DNA of 64,000 bases from Elusimicrobia bacterium HGW-Elusimicrobia-1. GTDB taxonomy: Bacteria > Elusimicrobiota > Endomicrobiia > PHAN01. A program made the position numbers and the translations under genes. The notes under the pieces were generated by a model. The model searched no databases and was not told the origin of the DNA. It saw only the letters and a list, made by a program, of their open reading frames with translations. This document shows, in pieces, positions 57,250 through 64,000 of this stretch. The stretch covers positions 164,849-228,848 of the forward strand of contig PHAN01000003.1 in assembly GCA_002841695.1 (NCBI GenBank), in the 5' to 3' direction. Position 1 is the first letter of the stretch. Each line of letters begins with the position of its first letter.

Positions 57250-58098
57250 ATGATAAAAAAACTCAACATAATTACAGGTCTTTCCGGCGCGGGAAAAACC
57301 CTTGCTCTTAAAATACTCGAAGATATAGGTTTTTATTGCGTCGACAATCTTCCCGCCCAGATGGCCGAGAGTTTCGCCGCCTGGCTGGAAAAGCCCGGCT
57401 CCCCGAAAGAGGCCGCCATAGTAATGGATGTAAGAGGTATCGATGCCCGCAGCGGATTTGTCCCCGCCCGCTCGTCCGCCGTAAAACCGTATGTTATTTA
57501 TCTTGAATCCGATACGGCCACTCTTCTTGAAAGATACAGAGTAACCCGCCGCAGACATCCTTTGGGCGGCGACATTAAAACGGCCGTGGATCGCGAGCGC
57601 CAAATGCTTGCGGCAGTCAAAAAGCGCGCGGACGTAGTGGTGGACACCTCGAATCTGACCGCGCCGGAACTCAAGAATATTCTGGAAAAAAATCTGGGAG
57701 TGGCGCGTCGCGGCGGGCTGTCCGCCAGAATTATTTCGTTCGGTTACAAATTCGGCGTCCCGCCCGAGTGCGATTTGGTTTTCGACGTGCGGTTCATGAA
57801 AAATCCGAATTATGTCAAGAAGTTCAAGTATCTGACGGGCGCCGAATCTTCCGTCGCCAAATATGTTTTCGGCGACAAAGATTCACTGCGGTTCATGAAG
57901 ATATTGGAACGCATGATGTCGTTTCTTGTGCCGCGCTATGTGCGCGAGGGGAAAAACTACCTTGCGGTGGGCATCGGCTGTACGGGCGGTCATCATCGTT
58001 CGGTGGCCGTGGCCCGCAGGGTAGCCGATATTTTATCGCATCTTGGCTGTCAGGCGACGGTCTTTCACAGGGACTCCAAAAAACCGCTGCACGAATAA
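57250..58098 (+). CDS. rapZ: RNase adapter RapZ
   Basis: ITGLSGAGKT, YCVDNLP, TRRRHPL, SFGYKFG, GCTGGHHRSV. Confidence 0.95.
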   Translation: MIKKLNIITGLSGAGKTLALKILEDIGFYCVDNLPAQMAESFAAWLEKPGSPKEAAIVMDVRGIDARSGFVPARSSAVKPYVIYLESDTATLLERYRVTRRRHPLGGDIKTAVDRERQMLAAVKKRADVVVDTSNLTAPELKNILEKNLGVARRGGLSARIISFGYKFGVPPECDLVFDVRFMKNPNYVKKFKYLTGAESSVAKYVFGDKDSLRFMKILERMMSFLVPRYVREGKNYLAVGIGCTGGHHRSVAVARRVADILSHLGCQATVFHRDSKKPLHE

Positions 58099-58143
58099 GC
58101 GTACGAGCATTCGTCGCGGGGCGGAAACGCTTTAGTCAAAAGA

Positions 58144-59106
58144 ATGAAAAAAATAGTCGCTATCGGCGGTGGAACCGGACTCTCGACCCTGTTGAGGGGG
58201 CTTAAGGAATATCCCGTCAAACTTTCGGCGGTGGTTGCGGTAACTGACGAGGGGGGCAGTTCCGGACAACTCAGAAAGGAATTGGGCATAATTCCTCCAG
58301 GAGATATACGCAACTGCCTCGTGGCGTTGTCGAAGGAAGAATCGCTGATGTCGCGGCTTCTGCAGTACCGCTTTCGCGGGGGTGGAAGCTTGGGCGGGCA
58401 TTCTTTCGGCAATATTTTTCTTGCCGCTCTTTCCAATTTGAGCGGAGGTTTCGGCCGCGCCGTCGCCGAGGCGGGCAAAGTTCTTTTTATTAAGGGCGAC
58501 GTCATGCCCGTTACGCTTTCCGACGTGCGGCTGGAGGCCGAGCTTTTCGACGGTCGATGCATCCGCGGCGAAAGACGCATATCGGCGCTTGCCGCCGGAG
58601 AAAAAATAAAGAATATATATCTCGTCGGCAAAAACGTCCGGGTGCACCCTATGGCGGCGTCTGCCGTCCTGGCCGCCGATTACGTAATTTTGGGCCCCGG
58701 CTCGCTTTACACCTCGATAGTTACAAATCTTCTGGTGCCGGGGCTGGTCTCATGTCTTAAAAAATCGCGCGCCAAAAAGATTTATGTTTCAAACATAATG
58801 ACGCAGCCGGGCGAGACCGACGGTTATACCATGGCCGACCACGTAAACGTCGTGCGCGAGCACGCGGGCGTGGACTTTGATTACATACTCACGGACCGCT
58901 CAAAGTTGGATCCCAAAGTCCTGGCCAGATACAGCGTGCGCGGCGCGCATCCGGTAATAGACGATTTGGCAACCGGATATTCCGGCCGCGCCGAGACGGC
59001 AGTGGCGCGATTCGTGTCGGCGTCGCATTATGCAAGGCACGACCCCGCCAAACTGGCGCTCGCGCTAATGCGGATAATATCGCGCAAGCGGAGGTATCGA
59101 CGATGA
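58144..59106 (+). CDS. yvcK: YvcK/CofD-family protein
   Basis: IGGGTGL, DEGGSSG.LR, PPGDIRNC, GPGSLYTS, MTQPGET. Confidence 0.93.
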   Translation: MKKIVAIGGGTGLSTLLRGLKEYPVKLSAVVAVTDEGGSSGQLRKELGIIPPGDIRNCLVALSKEESLMSRLLQYRFRGGGSLGGHSFGNIFLAALSNLSGGFGRAVAEAGKVLFIKGDVMPVTLSDVRLEAELFDGRCIRGERRISALAAGEKIKNIYLVGKNVRVHPMAASAVLAADYVILGPGSLYTSIVTNLLVPGLVSCLKKSRAKKIYVSNIMTQPGETDGYTMADHVNVVREHAGVDFDYILTDRSKLDPKVLARYSVRGAHPVIDDLATGYSGRAETAVARFVSASHYARHDPAKLALALMRIISRKRRYRR

Positions 59107-59510
59107 TACCCGTAATTGTAATAAGTCACGGAAAAATTGCCGTCGAACTTGTCGGAATTGCCGGTATTCTGGCCGGCGAACAGCCCGGCGTCGACACTCT
59201 TGAAATTGCGGCTTCCTCGACGATCGAATCGGTCAAAGGCGAGGTTATACGGCTGCTGAGAGATTACGAAAAAGCCAAAGATTTCGGCGGGGCGCTGATT
59301 CTTACGGATATGCTGGGCGGCTCTTCGTGCAATGTTTGCGTGCCGCTGGCGTCCGGTCACAAAATCGCGATAGTGAGCGGAGTGAACCTCTATATGCTGC
59401 TATCCGCGCTCAAAAATCGCGGTTCTATGCCGTTGAACGAACTTAAAAATCGTGTAATCGCCGACGGCATCAAAAGCATAGCCGACGTTTGCGACATTTT
59501 CATCAAATAA
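59103..59510 (+). CDS. PTS mannose-family EIIA
   Basis: ISHG, LTDMLGGSSCN, SGVNL.ML. Confidence 0.88.
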   Translation: MIPVIVISHGKIAVELVGIAGILAGEQPGVDTLEIAASSTIESVKGEVIRLLRDYEKAKDFGGALILTDMLGGSSCNVCVPLASGHKIAIVSGVNLYMLLSALKNRGSMPLNELKNRVIADGIKSIADVCDIFIK

Positions 59511-59512
59511 TC

Positions 59513-60025
59513 ATGACTATCGCGCTTGCCCGTATAGACGACAGATTGATACACGCCCAGATCATAGAGGGATGGCTTAAGGCCGTTGCCGCCGATATGG
59601 TCGTGCTGGTCTCCGACGAGGTCGCCGTCGACGATATTCAAAAGACCATGTATTCGATGGCCGTGCCCTACGGCACGAAGATAGAGTGCTTTTCCGTGAG
59701 GGAAGCCATAGAAAAACTGCCCGCGCTGATAGATTCTTCCAAAGCCATTCTTTTGGTAATGCCGTCTCTGTCGGAAGCCATGAAACTTGTGGCGGCCGGC
59801 GTCAAGATACAATCTCTTAACGTCGGGGGCCTTCACGCCCGCGCAGGTAAAAAGTTTTATACGCCCACGCTGTCGCTGGACGACGAAGATATGGCCGCGG
59901 CGCGGCGTTTTGAAGAATCGGGGGTGGAACTCGAGACCCGTGTTCTGCCTATGCACGACCGCGTGCGACTTTTCGACGCTGTCGCGGGAATATCGTCCGC
60001 GGCGGACAAAAAAGAAAAAAGATAA
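59513..60025 (+). CDS. PTS mannose-family EIIB
   Basis: RIDDRLIHAQI, LNVGG. Confidence 0.9.
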   Translation: MTIALARIDDRLIHAQIIEGWLKAVAADMVVLVSDEVAVDDIQKTMYSMAVPYGTKIECFSVREAIEKLPALIDSSKAILLVMPSLSEAMKLVAAGVKIQSLNVGGLHARAGKKFYTPTLSLDDEDMAAARRFEESGVELETRVLPMHDRVRLFDAVAGISSAADKKEKR

Positions 60026-61647
60026 TGAAAAATCATTTCTGTCTGGTTCTTCACAGTCACATACCTTACGTCAGAAAGGCAGGGGTATGGCCTTTCGGCG
60101 AGGAGTGGCTGCTTGAGGGCATACTTGAGACATATATGCCGCTGCTTCAATTTTTCTTGAAAATGCGGACGCAGTATAAAGGCGCGGCTTTCACTTTGGG
60201 CATTACCCCCGTGCTTGCCGAACAACTGGACGACGACTATTTTAAGGCGCGATTCATAGAATACGCCGATGACAGAATCCGCCGCGCCCGCGAGGATGCC
60301 GCGAGATTTTCGCGTTCCCGTCAGAATCATCTCGAGGATTTAGCGCGGCTTTACGAGAGAACTTTCGCGGAACGTTTGGAAAGTTTCAAAAAAATCGACG
60401 GAGATATAATCGGAGAAATTGCTTCTTTAAGAAAATCCGGCGTCGTCGAGCTTATAACATCCGCCGCCACGCACGCTTACCTTCCGCTTTTGTCGCGCGA
60501 TTCTTCGGTGCGCGCCCAGATAAAAACGGGCATCGACAGCCACACGCGCAGATTCGGCGAGCGGCCTTCGGGTTTCTGGCTGCCCGAGTGCGCCTATCGT
60601 CCGGCGGCAATTGCGTCGCGGGACGACGGTAACTCAGGGAAAGCGTTGGATGAATTTTTGAAGGAAGAGGGCGTGGAATACTTTTTTGTCGACACGCACG
60701 CGGTCGAGGGCGGCGTTACATCCGTATATGCCGACAAGACCGGACAAGTAGTGAAGCCCTCCAACGGCTCCACGTCTCTTAGGGCATACAAGACGCGCGC
60801 TGGCGTAAAAGTGCTGGTAAGAAATCGCGAAGCCGGGCGACTGGTATGGTCGAGCGATATGGGCTATCCGGGCGACGGGGATTACAGGGAGTTTCATAAG
60901 AAGGATTCAATAAGCGGGCTGCAATATTGGCGGATTACATCGAAAAAAACCGACATGGGCGCCAAAGAAATTTATAATCCGGAGGCCGCAACCCGCCGCT
61001 CAAAAGTTCACGCGGCGCATTTCAAAAAAGTTATCTGCGATATTTTCCGCAAGCATTCCGCGGATTCTTCCGATATGGGCGTTGTGGCTCCTTACGATTC
61101 CGAGCTTTACGGACACTGGTGGCACGAAGGCATTGACTGGCTCGATGCGGTTGCCGGAGAAATGGCTTCGACCGAGGTCGGTATGTCGTCCGTATCGTCC
61201 TATCTGTCCGGAGTCAAATCCTATCCCGAGGTTGATATCCCCGAGACATCATGGGGCGACGGCGGAGGACATTATGTGTGGCTGAACCGCGAAACTGAGT
61301 GGATGTGGCGCATGATACACGAGTGCGAACTCAGAATGGAGGGATTGCTGGATGCGCGGCGGCAGCGTTCCTCCGGCGGCATTTACGTCAGGGCTCTTGC
61401 CCAGGCGGCCAGAGAAAAACTTTTGCTTGAGTCGTCCGACTGGGAATTTTTAGTGACTACAAGGCAGGCCAGAGAGTACGGCGAAAAGCGATTTCTGTCG
61501 CACTATAACCGTTTTTCGGCGCTCGCCTCCCTGCTGGAAAAAGACAAAATTAACGATGAGGACGCCCGCACGCTTTCGGCGTCCTTCGACGCCGACGCCA
61601 TCTTCCCGGCCATAGACCCCGAAGTATTCGCGGCAAGGCGGAGGTAA
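60025..61647 (+). CDS. GH57 1,4-alpha-glucan branching enzyme
   Basis: LHSHIPYV, THAYLPL, GFWLPECAY, PYDSELYGHWWHEG, LLESSDW. Confidence 0.92.
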   Translation: MKNHFCLVLHSHIPYVRKAGVWPFGEEWLLEGILETYMPLLQFFLKMRTQYKGAAFTLGITPVLAEQLDDDYFKARFIEYADDRIRRAREDAARFSRSRQNHLEDLARLYERTFAERLESFKKIDGDIIGEIASLRKSGVVELITSAATHAYLPLLSRDSSVRAQIKTGIDSHTRRFGERPSGFWLPECAYRPAAIASRDDGNSGKALDEFLKEEGVEYFFVDTHAVEGGVTSVYADKTGQVVKPSNGSTSLRAYKTRAGVKVLVRNREAGRLVWSSDMGYPGDGDYREFHKKDSISGLQYWRITSKKTDMGAKEIYNPEAATRRSKVHAAHFKKVICDIFRKHSADSSDMGVVAPYDSELYGHWWHEGIDWLDAVAGEMASTEVGMSSVSSYLSGVKSYPEVDIPETSWGDGGGHYVWLNRETEWMWRMIHECELRMEGLLDARRQRSSGGIYVRALAQAAREKLLLESSDWEFLVTTRQAREYGEKRFLSHYNRFSALASLLEKDKINDEDARTLSASFDADAIFPAIDPEVFAARRR

Positions 61648-61653
61648 AAAAAT

Positions 61654-63807
61654 ATGTCACGCACAACGTTTCTCCTGGGCATACACAATCATCAGCCCGT
61701 GGGAAATTTTTCCGAAGTGTTCGAAGCCGGATACCGCCTTTCATACGGACCTTTCATGGAGATGATGAAGAAGTTTCCCAAAATGAAATGGTCGCTGCAT
61801 TTAAGCGGGATACTTTGGGATTTTATGCGCGATAAGCATCCGGAGTATATCGCCGCGGCAAAAAAAATGTGCGACGACGGACGTCTGGAAATTCTTTCCG
61901 GCGGTTATTACGAGCCCATCCTTGCGGTCATTCCCGACCGGGATAAGGCGGCGCAGCTTAAAAAACTCGGCGGATTCATAAAAAATAATTTCGGCCAGTC
62001 GCCCAGAGGCATTTGGCTTACGGAAAGAATCTGGGAGCCCGCCCTGCCCAAATTTCTTGCTTCCGAAGGAATAGAATATACCCTTACGGATGATTATCAT
62101 TTTACGTCCGCCGGAATGCAGGAGGACTCGCTGCGCGGTTATTATGTAACCGAAGACGAGGGATTCAAACTGAACATATTTCCGATATCGCAAAAACTCC
62201 GGTATTATGTGCCTTTTGAAAACGTAAGCAAGTCGATGTACCTTTTTTCCGCGGCGCGGCCTTTTGATTCGGCATTGAGTATGGGCGACGACGGCGAGAA
62301 GTTCGGCATGTGGCCCAAAACCCACGATCACGTCTACGGGAAAGGCGGCGACTTGGAATCCGGATGGCTTTTCAGGTTTTTGTCGGCGATAGAAAAAAAC
62401 TCGTCATGGCTGGGCACCGACACTTATTCGGGTTTTATGGACTCTCATCGCCCGACGGGCCGTGTCTATCTTCCGTCGGCGTCGTATTTTGAAATGTCGG
62501 AATGGACGCTTCCTCCCGCCGCGCAGCTTGAGCTTGAAAATATTATCCGCGCCGCCGGCTCGGATTCGCGGCTTGCCGCCGCCCGCAAGTTTTTGCGCGG
62601 CGGATTTTGGCGCAATTTCCTGACCAAATATCCTGAGTCGAACAATATGCACAAGAAAATGCTTCGCGTTAGCGAGCGTATCGCCGCCGCTTCCGCGTTG
62701 ACGGATACCCGCGTCCGCGCGCGCGGAGCCGCCGTCGCGGCTAAAAAATCGGCCGCAGTTCGGAAGGCGGCGCTCTCTAATGCCGCGGATCATCTTTACG
62801 CGGCGCAGTGCAACTGCGCTTACTGGCACGGCGTATTCGGCGGGCTTTATCTGCCGCATCTGCGCAAAGCCGTTTACGAGGAACTTGTGCTCGCCGAGAA
62901 AGCCATCGCGTCCGGCGGAATGCGTATCGGCGCCGCCGACATCGACAAGGACGGCCGCGACGAAATAGCAGCGGAGTCGCCGTCGCAAAATCTGTATTTC
63001 AGCCCCGCCCGAGGCGGAACGCTTTATGAGTGGGACGTTTTCAATCCGGCGGCGAATATGCTCAATGTCCTGACCCGTCGCTATGAGTCCTACCACGAAA
63101 GAATCAAAGATGCCGTGGCGGCGGAGGGCGCGTCTCACGACGGCGACGGAGCATCGAGCATACACGGCGTCGTCAAAATGAAGGAAAAAAATCTCGAACG
63201 CTATCTCAATTACGATTGGTACGACAGAGCGTCGCTTATGGACCATTTCCTGTCGCCGCGCGTCTCGTTCGAGGATTTCAGACGCTGCCGCTTCACCGAT
63301 AGCGGCGATTTTACGCTGGAACCCTACACGGCCGAAATTGCCGACGGCCGCATAACCTTCAAAAGGACCGGCTCGGTGCGCACGTCCGCCGGCATTCGTA
63401 AAGTGCTCGTGGAAAAAACGCTGAAACCATCGGGAACGTCCGCCGAATTTACGGCGCATTATAAAATTACCAATCTATCCGCCGAGCCCGCGGATATTAC
63501 GTTCGCCTCGGAATTCAATCTGGCGTTTTTTGCCGATTTTCCGGCCAAAGAAATTACGGCAGTCGATTCTCTGAGTATCCCCGATAAAGTTACGGGACTT
63601 ACATTTACCGCCGGCATCAGCGCGGGAACGGACATCTGGCTTTTCCCGGTTGAAACCGTTTCTCTTTCCGAGGATGGTTTCGAGCGCACGCTGCAGGGCG
63701 GCTGCGCGCTTTTCATAAGACGCTCGCACGGACTGAAACACGGCGAATCTATGTCATTTGACGGTAAATTCGCGTTCGTGCCGACGGCCTCGGAGCCGCC
63801 GCGATGA
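61654..63807 (+). CDS. GH57 alpha-amylase/4-alpha-glucanotransferase
   Basis: HNHQPVGN, GGYYEPIL, WLTERIWEP, GDDGEKFG.WP, YWHGVFGGLYLPHLR. Confidence 0.92.
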   Translation: MSRTTFLLGIHNHQPVGNFSEVFEAGYRLSYGPFMEMMKKFPKMKWSLHLSGILWDFMRDKHPEYIAAAKKMCDDGRLEILSGGYYEPILAVIPDRDKAAQLKKLGGFIKNNFGQSPRGIWLTERIWEPALPKFLASEGIEYTLTDDYHFTSAGMQEDSLRGYYVTEDEGFKLNIFPISQKLRYYVPFENVSKSMYLFSAARPFDSALSMGDDGEKFGMWPKTHDHVYGKGGDLESGWLFRFLSAIEKNSSWLGTDTYSGFMDSHRPTGRVYLPSASYFEMSEWTLPPAAQLELENIIRAAGSDSRLAAARKFLRGGFWRNFLTKYPESNNMHKKMLRVSERIAAASALTDTRVRARGAAVAAKKSAAVRKAALSNAADHLYAAQCNCAYWHGVFGGLYLPHLRKAVYEELVLAEKAIASGGMRIGAADIDKDGRDEIAAESPSQNLYFSPARGGTLYEWDVFNPAANMLNVLTRRYESYHERIKDAVAAEGASHDGDGASSIHGVVKMKEKNLERYLNYDWYDRASLMDHFLSPRVSFEDFRRCRFTDSGDFTLEPYTAEIADGRITFKRTGSVRTSAGIRKVLVEKTLKPSGTSAEFTAHYKITNLSAEPADITFASEFNLAFFADFPAKEITAVDSLSIPDKVTGLTFTAGISAGTDIWLFPVETVSLSEDGFERTLQGGCALFIRRSHGLKHGESMSFDGKFAFVPTASEPPR

Positions 63808-64000
63808 ACGAGATAGTGTTTGCCCTCGTCGGAGCTTTTCTTGCCATGGACGCGGTTGTCTTCGGACAGTTCGGTTTTTCAAGGCCCATAGTTTGCGGGC
63901 CCGTGGCGGGATTTCTGGTGGGCGACCCTGTTATGGGTCTTAGAGTCGGCGTGATTCTTGAGCTTATCTGGATCAATACGATTCCCATAGGAACGACTCT
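63804..64000 (+). CDS. PTS mannose-family EIIC, 3'-truncated by the window edge
   Basis: Manual translation MNEIVFALVGAFLAMDAVVFGQFGFSRPIVCGPVAGFLVGDPVMGLRVGVILELIW (not in the ORF track). Confidence 0.85.
   Translation, partial: MNEIVFALVGAFLAMDAVVFGQFGFSRPIVCGPVAGFLVGDPVMGLRVGVILELIWINTIPIGTT

Overview
Bacterial chromosome segment from a diderm organism. The PorV/UPF0164-like barrel, the S8 protease with a short C-terminal sorting-type domain and the Kdo/Lpt/PTS gene order suggest Elusimicrobiota, but this is inference only. The window has two parts. (1) Positions 1-~21230 are the right-hand part of an integrative genomic island, with nearly all genes on the + strand. It carries defence-type cargo (DNA methyltransferase, Mrr, HNH nuclease, wHTH/NTase pair, DUF6998-like nuclease, HEPN-like protein, DUF1848) and envelope cargo. 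It ends in xis plus a tyrosine integrase whose reading frame runs into the 5' half of tRNA-Ser(GCT). (2) Positions ~21480-64000 are core genome: LPS core/lipid A/Kdo/heptose synthesis and modification, pyrG, lptCAB, hpf-ptsN-hprK-rapZ-yvcK, and a mannose-type PTS interrupted by two GH57 genes, with a small mazEF islet and nested palindromic repeats. The most notable unexplained structure is a non-coding module repeated four times in the island (~1847, ~4635, ~7896, ~14580). Each copy has a sigma70-type promoter (-35 missing in the first copy), a purine-rich RBS, an ATG buried in a covarying hairpin and a bulged intrinsic terminator. The four copies front three unrelated kinds of cargo, and two copies are preceded by ~11-bp phased GTGGTTTTCGT arrays. 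A fifth structured terminator-leader precedes an Arg-rich 60-aa ORF, xis and int. All calls come from reading motifs by eye; no database searches were run.
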